Shown here in pieces: positions 20,261-31,166 of a DNA stretch of 64,000 nt. Within the stretch, counting starts at the first letter, position 1, and every line of letters begins with the position of its first letter. Made by a program: the position numbers and the translations under genes. The notes beneath the pieces were generated by a model. It had not been told where the DNA came from. It saw only the letters and a program-made list of their open reading frames with translations, and did no database searches. Location of the stretch: the NCBI GenBank assembly GCA_963778795.1, contig CAVZVU010000001.1, positions 44,776 through 108,775 of the forward strand, in the 5' to 3' direction. This DNA is from an uncultured Pseudomonadota bacterium (GTDB lineage Bacteria > Myxococcota_A > Polyangia > Fen-1088).

Positions 20261-21143
20261 TCTCTACCCCCCTTGTTGCGGAGCGCAGCATCGCGACCGC
20301 AGTGTAGACGACGACGCCGACGACGAGCCACTTGACCCAGGACAGCGGCAGCTGCTTGACGATGAAAGCGGCGATCAGGACCGCCGGCAGCCCGCCCACG
20401 GTCAGACCGATCGCGGCGCGCAGGTTGTAGCGGCGCAGGCTGAGGAACCGCACGCTGCCCGCCGGCATGAGGAAGGCGCACGAGCCCATCATGATCGGGA
20501 AGGCGGTGGACGGGTTCATCCCGAGCAGCGCGACCAGGATCATGCACGGGGCGAACAGCCCGATCCCCAGCGTCATCAGCGCGCCCAGCACCAGATTGCC
20601 GGCGATCGCGATCGCCAGGCGCACGCCGTCGAGGCCGAGCGCGGTGCCGCCGCCCGGCACCAGGCCGAGCTGGCGCGCCACCATGATCGCTCCGGCGAGG
20701 ATCAGCAGCACCCCCATGCCGATCTGGATCTTGCGTCGCGGCCAGCCGGCGACGATGCCGGCACCGAACCAGGCCCCGACCGCCGACGCGGCGACCATCG
20801 CGATCAGCGTCTTCATCTCCACCTCGACGACGGCGATGAAGATGAACGCCTCGGCGAACGTCGGGACGGCGTGGCCGATGTTCATCGTGCCTGGGATCTC
20901 GTCGTCGGAGACGACGCGACCCAGCTTGAAAAGCGAGGTGGTGGTCGCGAACGACCCGATGCCCAGGGTGTCGAGGAAATCGGTGACCGCGCCGATGGCG
21001 ACGGCCGAGAGTCCCGGGACGGCGTCGGCGGCGCGGGTGCCGGCGCGGCGCGCCGCGATCCACCAGGCGCCCAGGAAAAGCGCCGCGAGCAGTGCCAGAG
21101 CCAGAAGCAGAAATTCTTTGGCGCTGGCGCTCGCTTCATTCAA
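20253..21143 (-). CDS. TauE/SafE-family anion (sulfite) exporter-like membrane protein
   Basis: 296 aa, very hydrophobic, with two similar Gly-rich halves. It overlaps the permease start by 8 bp, so the two are co-transcribed. The family call is from general architecture only. Confidence 0.55.
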   Translation of the reverse strand: MNEASASAKEFLLLALALLAALFLGAWWIAARRAGTRAADAVPGLSAVAIGAVTDFLDTLGIGSFATTTSLFKLGRVVSDDEIPGTMNIGHAVPTFAEAFIFIAVVEVEMKTLIAMVAASAVGAWFGAGIVAGWPRRKIQIGMGVLLILAGAIMVARQLGLVPGGGTALGLDGVRLAIAIAGNLVLGALMTLGIGLFAPCMILVALLGMNPSTAFPIMMGSCAFLMPAGSVRFLSLRRYNLRAAIGLTVGGLPAVLIAAFIVKQLPLSWVKWLVVGVVVYTAVAMLRSATRGVENA

Positions 21144-21268
21144 GCCAGCTCACTGTAGTCGAACGCGTTGCTGCCAGGGCAACGGTTTACGGCCGCGGGT
21201 GACAACAGTTCGCGGGCGCGCGCATAAAACTCAGCCAATAGTTTGAGTAACTTAGATTACCATGCAGA

Positions 21269-21284
21269 TGGCAGGATCTATGCT
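21269..21284 (+). promoter_or_regulatory. candidate sigma54 -24/-12 promoter (TGGCAG-N5-ATGCT)
   Basis: GG and GC are at the correct 10-nt spacing, 60 nt upstream of ATG 21344. It is almost identical to the element upstream of the paralog (22820-22835). Confidence 0.5.
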
Positions 21285-21343
21285 GTGTCCCTGTCGGTGG
21301 TTCGGCGGGCTCAAGTCCCGCTCCGGTCCATCGGAGGAGGAAC

Positions 21344-22588
21344 ATGGCACACCCACGACGTTCCGATTGGTCTGCGCTGCTGCTCGGCAGCACGCTGCTC
21401 GCAGGCTGTATGTCGCCCGACGCCGCCAGCACCCGCAACACGCAGACGGGCGTGTCGGAGCTGGTGTCGGTCAACGGGCTCAGCATGATCAACGGGCTGA
21501 GCATGACCAACGGGCTGAGCATGACCAACGGATTGGCGGGGAACGGTCTGTCGGGCGCGAAGCTACAAATGTACCCGCTCAATTCGACCGGTCTGCCGGC
21601 GACGAGCACGCTCATGAACTCCAGCTCGGGACGCAGCACGGTGAGCTACCTGGTTCGCTGCGCTCTGCCGGTCGGACACCTCGTCACCGCCAAGGACGGC
21701 AACGGAACGCCGTACCTCTTCGCCGGCCAGATCGGCGTCGCCCCGGAGTGGGAGGCCGGCACCTGCGGCGCCACCTGCCAGGAGCGCGTGACCGGCTGCA
21801 TGCTCGCGCACGTCAACACCTCGGGACAGCACATCTCGATCTGGCTCGACAGCGAGGGGGCGATCGGCTGGGGCAGCAACAGTCTGTTCCCGTATCAGGA
21901 AGGGTCGTTCTTCGGAAACATCTTCGTCAGCCCGCCGGTCGCCGATTTTTGCAACGGCAAGGACTTCGACCTTGGCACCGTGCCTGGTCGACTGGGCGTC
22001 GGCCAGAACAACGCGCCGTACGTGAACCCGTTCTACTCGGGCGCGCTTTGCAAGAACACCTGCACCGCCGCTGATTCACCCAACAGCGCCGACGGCTTCA
22101 AGCAGTGCCTCACCAACAAGCACGTGGTCACCGTGTGGCGGAACTTCGATCCGCTCACGCCGTACAGGATCTGCAACAAGACCACCGCGCGCTGCCTCGA
22201 GGTCGCCGGCAGCAGCACCTCAGACGGCGCCCCCTTGCAGCAGCGGACGTTCAACGGCGGCAGCAACCAGAAGTGGATGATCCTGCAGATCTCCCCGAAG
22301 AAATACCGTGTCTTCAACGTCAACAGCGGAAAGACGCTGGACAGCCTCTCCGGCAAGACCACCGACGGTACCACCGCCGTGCAGAACCCTTACACCGGCG
22401 CGTCGAGCCAGCTCTGGTCGTTCACGTCGCTCAGCGACCAGCCGGGCTTCTACGAGATCAGTCCGGTCGCCAACACCAAGACGTCGATTTGCCCCTGGGG
22501 TTCGCTGTACGCCGACGGCACGCCGATCGAGGAGTGGACGTACAACACCGCCGACTATCAGAAGTGGACGATCACGCCCGCGAATTGA
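21344..22588 (+). CDS. secreted lipoprotein: NGLSM[I/T] repeats + Cys-rich domain of unknown function + C-terminal ricin-type (QxW)3 lectin domain
   Basis: ATG follows GGAGGAGG. Lipobox is LLGSTLLAGC. The repeats read NGLSMINGLSMTNGLSMTNGLAGNGLSG. The C-terminal ~130 aa carry NQKWMI, SQLWSF and YQKWTI, the beta-trefoil QxW triplet. Confidence 0.75.
   Translation: MAHPRRSDWSALLLGSTLLAGCMSPDAASTRNTQTGVSELVSVNGLSMINGLSMTNGLSMTNGLAGNGLSGAKLQMYPLNSTGLPATSTLMNSSSGRSTVSYLVRCALPVGHLVTAKDGNGTPYLFAGQIGVAPEWEAGTCGATCQERVTGCMLAHVNTSGQHISIWLDSEGAIGWGSNSLFPYQEGSFFGNIFVSPPVADFCNGKDFDLGTVPGRLGVGQNNAPYVNPFYSGALCKNTCTAADSPNSADGFKQCLTNKHVVTVWRNFDPLTPYRICNKTTARCLEVAGSSTSDGAPLQQRTFNGGSNQKWMILQISPKKYRVFNVNSGKTLDSLSGKTTDGTTAVQNPYTGASSQLWSFTSLSDQPGFYEISPVANTKTSICPWGSLYADGTPIEEWTYNTADYQKWTITPAN
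21473..21556 (+). repeat. in-frame 18-bp tandem repeat (3 units + 2 degenerate 15-bp units) encoding NGLSM[I/T]
   Basis: aacgggctSagcatgaYc x3, followed by aacggattggcgggg and aacggtctgtcgggc. Confidence 0.85.
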
Positions 22589-22819
22589 AGCGCGGCTCGT
22601 TCACGGGCGACGTGCCCGAGATGGTCCTTGCCGATGGCCTTGCCTCTTCGTGCCCATGGCGCGCACCAAGCGCACATGTGGTTTGGTGACGGCCTCTGTA
22701 AGCATCTGTCAGGCCAACATGTTGTTGTCGAGGCAACGGCCGATCAACTGGCGGACAACAAATTTGGCATCTTGTGGCACACAGACCCACTGTTTTAAGG
22801 TGTTTCCCCATACGAAAAT

Positions 22820-22835
22820 TGGCCGGATTCATGCT
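22820..22835 (+). promoter_or_regulatory. candidate sigma54 -24/-12 promoter (TGGCCG-N5-ATGCT)
   Basis: TGGCCGGATTCATGCT compared with TGGCAGGATCTATGCT upstream of the paralog. Its position argues that ATG 22865 (not 22838/22850) is the start. Confidence 0.5.
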
Positions 22836-22864
22836 CCTTGAACCTACGCATGGGGTCTCACAAG

Positions 22865-23764
<900 letters not shown>

Positions 23765-23832
23765 CAAGTCGGGTTCCTGCGGCCCCGGCCTCTCCGCCCG
23801 CGAGACGCGAGAGAGGCTAAGATGGGCCGGCG

Positions 23833-25335
23833 TTGAGCGCCGCCGATCTGTTTCGCCGCAAGCCCTGGCAGGAGAGCGCTTCTGCCGGCGCGGCGGCGAC
23901 CGGGGACGAGTCGCGCACGCTGCGCCGTACGCTGGGCGGGCTGGACCTCACGCTGCTCGGCGTTGGCGCCATCGTCGGTGCCGGGATCTTTTCCAGCGTG
24001 GGCCAGATGGCGGCCGGCGGTCCCGATCACCCGGCGGCCGGGCCGGCGCTGATCCTCTCGTTCGTGATCACCGCGGTGGCCTGCGGCTTCTCGGCCCTCT
24101 GCTACGCCGAGATCGCGGCGCTGGTGCCGGCGTCGGGCAGCGCTTACACCTACGCCTACGTCGCGCTCGGCGAGCTGCCGGCCTGGATCATCGGCTGGGA
24201 CCTGGTGATCGAGTACGCGGTCGGCAACATCTACGTCGCGCAGAGCTGGGCCGACTACTTTCGTTCATTCCTGCGCGGCAGCCTGGGCGTCGACTTCCCG
24301 GCCTGGATGGCGTCGGATCTTCAGAGCGCCGCCAGCGACCCGGCCATCGCGGCGGTCGCGCCGAAGCTGGCGACCCCCTTCGGCCAGATCGCGATCGCGT
24401 TCAACCTGCCGGCGGCGTTGATCGTCTTGCTGCTGACCGTGCTGCTGGTGATCGGCGTGCGCGCCAGCGCGCGCTTCAACGCGGCGATGGTGACGCTGAA
24501 GCTGGTGCTGGTGCTGGCGTTCATCGGCGTGGGCGCCGCCTACGTCGAGCCGGCCCACTGGCGGCCCTTCGCCCCCAACGGATTTCGCGGCGTCTGGGCC
24601 GGCGCGTCGCTGGCCTTCTTCTCGTACATCGGCTTCGACGCCATCTCGACCGTCGCCGAGGAGACCCGCAACCCGCAGCGCGATCTGCCGCGCGGCATGA
24701 TCGCGTCGCTGCTGATCTGCAGCGTGCTTTACATCGCGGTCGCCGCGGTGATGACCGGCCTGTGCGACTACCGCGCGCTCGACAGCGGTGATCCGCTGGC
24801 GCAGGCGCTGCTGGCCGTCGGCCTGCCGCGGGCGGCGACGCTGATGTCACTGGGCGCGGTCATCGCCGTCACCGCGGTGCTGCTGGTCTTCCAGCTCGGT
24901 CAACCGCGCATCCTGTTCGCGATGGCGCGCGACGGCCTGCTGCCGTCGGGGTTCGCGCGGATTCACCCGCGCTTTCGCACGCCGCACCGCGGGACGATCC
25001 TGACCGGCGTCTTCGTCGGCGTCGCCCCGACGTTCGTGACCCAGAGCCAGGCGCTGGAGCTGACCAGCATCGGCACGCTGTTCGCGTTCATCGTGGTCGC
25101 CTGTGGCGTCATCGCGCTGCGCATGCGCGAGCCGGGGCGCCCGCGGCCATTTCGCTGCCCAGGCTATCCGGTGACGCCGATCATGGCGATCCTGTCGTGC
25201 GGCGGGCTGATGTTCGGTCTGCCGGCCGCGAACTGGTGGCGGTTCGGGATCTGGTTGCTCGTCGGGCTGGCGATCTACGCCGGCTACGGGCGGCGCCGGC
25301 ACCGTCGGTCAGCGCCGGCCGCGTCGGATCACTGA
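23833..25335 (+). CDS. APC-family amino acid permease (second copy)
   Basis: 500 aa with a TTG start. LRRTLGGLDLTLLGVGAIVGAGIFSSVG and ...SFVITAVACGFSALCYAEIAALVPASGSAYTYAY parallel the 18791..20260 protein. Confidence 0.88.
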   Translation: MSAADLFRRKPWQESASAGAAATGDESRTLRRTLGGLDLTLLGVGAIVGAGIFSSVGQMAAGGPDHPAAGPALILSFVITAVACGFSALCYAEIAALVPASGSAYTYAYVALGELPAWIIGWDLVIEYAVGNIYVAQSWADYFRSFLRGSLGVDFPAWMASDLQSAASDPAIAAVAPKLATPFGQIAIAFNLPAALIVLLLTVLLVIGVRASARFNAAMVTLKLVLVLAFIGVGAAYVEPAHWRPFAPNGFRGVWAGASLAFFSYIGFDAISTVAEETRNPQRDLPRGMIASLLICSVLYIAVAAVMTGLCDYRALDSGDPLAQALLAVGLPRAATLMSLGAVIAVTAVLLVFQLGQPRILFAMARDGLLPSGFARIHPRFRTPHRGTILTGVFVGVAPTFVTQSQALELTSIGTLFAFIVVACGVIALRMREPGRPRPFRCPGYPVTPIMAILSCGGLMFGLPAANWWRFGIWLLVGLAIYAGYGRRRHRRSAPAASDH

Positions 25336-25368
25336 TCGCCGTCTCGACCGGGGTTCGCCGACGCGCGA

Positions 25369-25785
25369 TCACTGACTGGCTTGTGGCAGCTTGTCCTTCT
25401 TGTCCTGTTTGTCTTGCGACTGATGCCGCTCTTTTTTCTCGGCGTCGATCGACTTCTGCTTCTGCCGCTTGTCAGCCTCGGCCGCCTTCTTTATCTCGGC
25501 GGCAACGTCCTTCTCCATCTGTTTGGCGCGCTTTTCCTCGCACCCTTTGGGCTCGCATTCGCCGGCGCACTCGCACTTACCTTTGCGCCCGCAGAAGCAT
25601 TTGCCCTGCGCGTCTGCGTAGCAGCCGCAGGCGTTGACCTGCTTTCCGGCCGGAGCTGACGCAGCCGCTGGTTTCTTGGCCTTTGCCGCGGCAGCCGCGG
25701 GCGGAACGCCGCCGCCGCCGAGAGACCACACGACCGATCCCACCCCGAACACGACCCATGCCGTTCTCAGAAGAAGTCGCTTCAT
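25369..25785 (-). CDS. small secreted protein: 8-Cys knot + Lys/Glu-rich tail (hypothetical, metallothionein-like?)
   Basis: ATG 25785 follows GAAGGAGGA. Signal peptide is MKRLLLRTAWVVFGVGSVVWSLGG. The Cys cluster reads ACGCYADAQGKCFCGRKGKCECAGECEPKGCE. The tail is KQ/KE-rich. It is the last gene of the TBDR operon. Confidence 0.6.
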   Translation of the reverse strand: MKRLLLRTAWVVFGVGSVVWSLGGGGVPPAAAAAKAKKPAAASAPAGKQVNACGCYADAQGKCFCGRKGKCECAGECEPKGCEEKRAKQMEKDVAAEIKKAAEADKRQKQKSIDAEKKERHQSQDKQDKKDKLPQASQ

Positions 25786-25847
25786 GTCGTCCTCCTTCAA
25801 GTTCCAGCATACACACTTGTGCGCCGCGGAATAGCGCGCTCGGCTGG

Positions 25848-26894
25848 CTACGGCTGAACTAGCTGGATTTGCCGCGTCGTCCACGACGCTCCGCCCCGTT
25901 CATCCCGTACGACGATCCAGACCGTGAGGAGGGGATTCGCCGGCATGACCTTGGGCGCGACGTAGTGCGATTCGAGGTGGACGTGATCCTGTCCGGTGTA
26001 GAGCAGCGACTGAACCGTGCTGGTCTCGACCGGCGAGAACGTGCCGGAGGTCGTGAAGAAGGCGTAGCGCAGCGTCTCGGCGGCGATGTCGGTGGTGACG
26101 ACCTGCGGCGGGTTGTCGCGCGTGAGCGTTCGCGTCGAGTACGCCTCGGCGATGGCCCCGCCCGGTTCGAACCAGAGCTCGCCGCCGAGCGGGATGCTGA
26201 TCGGGTTCCCCTCGGGCAAATCCATGGGACTGACCGGATTGGAGCTCGCGTCGCGCGACGGATAGACGGTCACCTTGGTCACCGTCGGGTTCTGATTGGG
26301 CGCCTGCGGCGGCCGATCGGGCAGCTGCTGAGAGAAGATCAGGCGCTTGGTGGCGACGATGCTCTCGGTGCCGGCGCCGAGCTCGAACTGGACGACGATC
26401 GGCAGCTGGAAGCCCTGCGCGGCAAAGGGATCGACGCTGTAGGCGAGCGCGAGCAGCGACGGCGCGGCGGCGAAATCGACCGGGATCTCGTGCACGGGCC
26501 CGGGGTCGCTGGTCGCCGCCGGCGAATCGGGAGAAATGATCTCCAGCGAGCTCGGCGTCTGACCGGGGACGTTGTGCTGGCAGACGACGCCGTTCTTGCC
26601 GGTGGCGGCGGTCACCGAGTCGATCTCGCGTGGACATGCCAGCGCGCTGTAAGAGACGGCGCGGCCGTTTCCCTCCGGATCGACGACCAGCGCCGTGATC
26701 GTGCTGGTGAAGGGGGCGGTCTGATTCGGCAGCGCCGCCGGGTCGACGTAGATCTCGGGCGGGTCGGCCTTGATGCCGAGCAACCGCAGATCGATCACCG
26801 TGCTCACGTCCTGAAAGCTGGAACAGCCCGGCAGGATCCCGAACGTCAGGCTACCGAGACCGACCAACATCATGCTTCGCGCCGAAATTCGCAT
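25848..26894 (-). CDS. lipoprotein, hypothetical (downstream partner of the TonB-dependent receptor)
   Basis: Start at ATG 26894, overlapping the TBDR stop by 1 nt (TGATG). Lipobox is LTFGILPGCSS. 348 aa with no recognisable motif. Confidence 0.6.
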   Translation of the reverse strand: MRISARSMMLVGLGSLTFGILPGCSSFQDVSTVIDLRLLGIKADPPEIYVDPAALPNQTAPFTSTITALVVDPEGNGRAVSYSALACPREIDSVTAATGKNGVVCQHNVPGQTPSSLEIISPDSPAATSDPGPVHEIPVDFAAAPSLLALAYSVDPFAAQGFQLPIVVQFELGAGTESIVATKRLIFSQQLPDRPPQAPNQNPTVTKVTVYPSRDASSNPVSPMDLPEGNPISIPLGGELWFEPGGAIAEAYSTRTLTRDNPPQVVTTDIAAETLRYAFFTTSGTFSPVETSTVQSLLYTGQDHVHLESHYVAPKVMPANPLLTVWIVVRDERGGASWTTRQIQLVQP

Positions 26895-29693
26895 CAGAAC
26901 TTTCCTCGAAGACCCAGTATCGGCAGGATGGGGATTCCGCGCACCGGCGCCGATTGCTGGTTGCGGTAGTCGTAGACCGTGAACTCCGGGTTCTGCGCGT
27001 TGTAGACGTTCTGCACGTCCAGGTACGTGCTGAAGCGCCAGGTGTCGAACGTCCAGGTCCGCTCGACGCGCAGGTCGAGCTGGTGGAAGGTCTGGCGCCG
27101 CGTCGAGCCCTCCGGGCCCAGCACCGGCCGGTAGACGTTGTAGTCGGAGTCGTAGACCGATCCGACGACCGGCGTCTGGGGGACGCCGCTGACGACGCGG
27201 AAGCGCGCGCCGAACTCCCACGCGCTGAGCTTGTAGCTGCCGATGAGGATGAAGTTGTGCGTCTGGTCGAACGGCGTCGGAAAGTAGCTGCCGGTGGTCG
27301 GCGCCGCCAGCCCCCCCATCGGTCCGCCGGGGGAGACGTTGCCGACGCTGGGGTCGGTCTGCTCCGCGCGCGACAGCGTGTACGAGATCCAGCCGAAGAA
27401 GTGGCGCGTGATCTCGTGCCGCAGCAGCAGCTCCATGCCGTAGCCGCGCCCGCGCCCGCTGTCGTTGAAGTTCGCGACCGGGTCGGCCACCGGCAGGTTG
27501 TGCCGGCGCAGGTAGTAGAACGTGGTGTCGAGCGAGATCGCCTGGGTGAGCTTCTGCTCGAAGCCGGCGTGATACTGGTCGGCCCAGATCGTCTGCAGGT
27601 TCGGGTTGCCGTACTGCTTGTCGAGCACCTGCGGCTGCTGGGGCTGGTGAAAGATGCCGGCGCCGGCCTTGAGCGCGAAGCGCGGCGTCACCGACCAGTG
27701 GGCCGACGATGCGCGGGTCGTAGGTGAAGCGATCGGTGCTGTTGTAGTGGAACCAGTCGAAGCGCAGCGCCGGGGACGATGCGCAGATCCTTGGTCGGGT
27801 CGACCAGCGCCTCGACGTAGACCGCGCTGCCGGAGTCGGCGAAGGCGCGGTCGATGTCGGTTATCGTCGGCTGGGTGCGCCCGAACGTGCGCGTCTCGGG
27901 CGGCACCGGGATGTGAAAGTGAAGATCCTCGAGGCGCAGCTGGCCGTCGAAGCCGGTCATCAGCGTCAGGTGCTGGTTGATCGGCTTGGTCAGATCTTCG
28001 CGCAGGCCGATGACCTGGGCGCCGGTGTCGACGGCGATGCTGCCGGCGTCGAACCGGTTGCTGTCGAACCCGTACGACGGCGACAGCTTCGAGATCCAGC
28101 CGTCCTTGCTGACGGTCCAGGTCGCCGACCACGCGGTGAAACCCGATGTGCGTGCCCAGATCCAGGTTGCCGCGCGCCGGGTCCGACGACAGGACGTGCA
28201 GCGTGTCGTCGCTGCCGAACACGAACAGCCCGAGCCGCCCCGCGCTGCCGAAGTCCTTGTCGACGCGCGCCTGGTAGTCCCAGTAGACCGGCGTCGCGAT
28301 CACCGTCGTCGAGCCCTGGCGCTGCGGGATCACGCAGCGGCAGCAGCTGATCGATGTACGACCGGCGCGCCGCGACGCCGCCGGTGACGCCGCCGCCCAG
28401 CGGCCCTTCGATCGAGCCGGACGAATCGAGCAGGTTGATGTCGGCGTTGCCGTGCAGCTGCGTCGCCGGCGTCGGTCTTGGTGGTGACGTCGAGGATGCC
28501 GGCGGTGGCGCGTCCGTAGTGCACGCCGAAGCCGCCCGGGTAGAAGTCGATCTTGTCGATGAGGTTGGGCGTCAGCACCGACGGCCCGCCCAGGAAGTGA
28601 TAGAGGATCGGCACGCGCTGGCCGTCGACGAAGACGCTGGAGTCCTGCGGCGCCGCGCCGCGCACCACCAGCTGGCCGAGGCCGAACGGGATGCGCGCGA
28701 CGCCGGGCAGGTTCTGGATCACGCGCAGCGGATCGCCGAAGGTGCCGGGCACGGTCGTCAGCTCGGCCTGCGACAGGGTGTGGCGCGTGACCTCCTCGCG
28801 CTGGCGCTGCGCGCGCACGTGGGTCTCGAAGCGCGCCGCCGCGCGCGTCGGCGCGTAGCAGTTCATCTGCGGCACGACGCTGCCGCCGAGCTGCATCGGC
28901 GAGAAGTCCGGATGCAGGGCTCGTGCTCGGTGTCGCTGACGATGACGCGCAGGCCGCCCGGCGCGGCGCCGCGCACCTCGAAGCGGCCGTCGTCGTCGGT
29001 GCCGGTGACCACCTCGGCGCGGGCGTTGGCGGCGGCCGGCGCGCCGATCGCGTTGCGGATGACCGCGACGTCGGCGCCGGCGATCGGATCGCGCGTCCCC
29101 TTCTCGCGCATGCGGCCGCGCACGATCACCGGCGCGGGCGGCGCGGGCGGCGCCTCGACGGCGGTGGCGCGGGCGGCGCCGGCGGGGGCGGCGCCGCGCG
29201 GCGGCGTCTCGACCACCTTGGGGACGAAGTGCACCACGTACTCGATGCGGATCTTGCCGGGCTTGCCGTCGATCTCGGCCGGCGAGAACTCCATGTCGTT
29301 GACGGCGGCGATCGCCGCCTCGTCGAACCCGTGACCGGCCGGCTTGGTGACCTGCACGCCGCTGACGTGCCCGTCGGCGTCGATGTCGATCATCATGGTC
29401 ACGTCGGCCGACAGCTTCTCGGCCAGCGCCTCGGGCGGGTAGACCGGATCGACCGCCTTGGTGATCGCCGGTGGCTTGGTCAGCTTCGGCGCGGGCGGCG
29501 GGGGCGGCGCCTCGTCGGGCTTGTCGGCGTTCGGCTGCGCGAAGTCCTGCGCCCGGGCGGGCGCCGGCCAGGCCGCGGTCGCCGCGACCACCAGAGCGAC
29601 GAGCGGGATCAGCGCGAGCGTTCTCACGTGCGAGAGCCGCGCCCGGGGCGCGCGCGTCGAGGGGGCGAATCGCAAGGTCTCATTCAATGACAT
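26894..29693 (-). pseudogene. TonB-dependent receptor with N-terminal TonB_C-like and CarboxypepD_reg-like domains (frame-disrupted as sequenced)
   Basis: Collinear pieces lie in three frames. TonB_C-like: PPAITKAVDPVYPPEALAEKLSADVTMMIDIDADGHVSGVQV...IEYVVHF. CarboxypepD_reg-like: VIVRGRMREKGTRDPIAGADVAVI...TDDDGRFEV. Plug: TVPGTFGDPLRVIQNLPGVAR...VVRGAAPQDSSVFVDGQRVP. The barrel ends ...PILPILGLRGKF. Frame changes occur near 28920, 28445, 28335, 28130, 27757 and 27700. Confidence 0.75.
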
Positions 29694-29812
29694 ACTTTTT
29701 GGGGGTGCGTCAGGGTTTGGGTTCGCGTTTTCGTTCGCCCGCACGTTTGCGTTTGCGTCACGACAAGCGCGACCGCACACCACGGTTGGGCCGGCATTGG
29801 TATAGTGCCGCG

Positions 29813-31088
29813 ATGAATCTGTCCGGATATCCGCTCGCGGCGCTGGCCGACAAGGTGGGCACGCCATTTTATCTGTACGACGCCCAGATCCTGCAGGAGC
29901 GTCTGGCCAAGCTGGCGGCGCTGACCGAGGGACCGGCGCTGCAAGGCACGCTACGCGATGAAGGCGAACTCATCGTGGCGCGTCCTCGAGAGCGTGCGCG
30001 CGGCCGGGCTGTGGATCGACGCCGTCAGCGGCAACGAGGTGCTGCGCGCGCGGCGCGCCGGCTTTGCCATGGGCAGCGAACCGCCGGTGGTCATGCTGAC
30101 CGTCGACGTATTTCGCGACAACGCCCTGACCACCGTGCTCGAGCACAGCATCCTGCCCAACGTCGGCTCGCCCGGCATGATCGAGGAGCTGCGCGGCTCC
30201 GGCTACCGCGGCGGCATCGCGTTCCGCGTGAACCCCGGCTTCGGCCACGGCCACGTTCAGTCGTGCGACACCGGTGGGCCGTCGTCGAAGCATGGCGTCT
30301 GGATGGACGACCTCAGCCGCGTGCGCGCGATGGCGATCGACGCCAAGCTGCCGATCGTCGCGCTGCACGCGCACATCGGCACCGGGCCGCAGATTCGCGA
30401 GTTCGACGAGAACATGCGCAAGCTGGTGTCGCTGTTCGTCGACCTGGTGCCGAGCTTCCCCGACTTGCAGGCGGTGAACCTGGGTGGCGGCATCCCGCAC
30501 CCGTACCGGCCCGGCAGCGCGGCCTACGATCTCGCGTGGTACCGCCCCGTGCTGGTCGAGGCGGCCGAGCGCCTGGCCAAGGCGGCGCGCCGGCCGATCC
30601 GCGTCGAGATCGAGCCTGGCCGCTACCCCGTCGCCGGGATGGGGATGCTGGTCGCGCGGGTCAAGGACATCAAGGAGACCGCCGCCAACGCCAAGGGCCC
30701 GGGCCACCGCTTCGTCATGGTCGACGCCGGCTTCGTCGATCTGATCCGACCGGCGATGTACGGCGCTTACCATCAGATCTCGATCGTCGGCGCCGGCGCG
30801 AACCGTCCGCCCGAGCCGCTGGTGGTCGCGGGGCCGTTGTGCGAAAGCGGGGACGTGTTCACGCGCGACGATCACGAGCTGCTCGTGCCTCGTCAGCTCG
30901 GCCGTCCCGATGTGGGGGATCTGCTGGTGCTTCATGATGCGGGGGCCTACGGGGCTGCGATGAGCTCGAATTACGTCTCCCTCGGTCGCGTGCCGCAGGT
31001 CTGGTGGGACGATGGCAGAGCTACACTCATCGCTCGTCGTGAGACGCTTGAAGACATTCAACGCACTGACTGTGACGAACCTCTCTAG
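29813..31088 (+). pseudogene. lysA: diaminopimelate decarboxylase (one frame disruption near 29945 as sequenced)
   Basis: N-terminal MNLSGYPLAALADKVGTPFYLYD is in one frame. ARYAMKANS (PLP Lys), GFGHGH and GPLCESGDVF follow in the +1 frame (ORF 29958..31088). Confidence 0.85.
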
Positions 31089-31166
31089 GTTGCCCGCGCG
31101 CTTTGCTCAATCGCGCGGCTGAGCACGAAAATCCACGCGGAAAATCACGGCTGAGCGCGCGCGTGG

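Noticed and set aside
22760-22790. TGGCAT-CTTGT-GGCAC upstream of the second NGLSM paralog as a sigma54 site.
   Set aside because: The spacing and -12 TTGC element do not fit. The better-conserved element is at 22820-22835.
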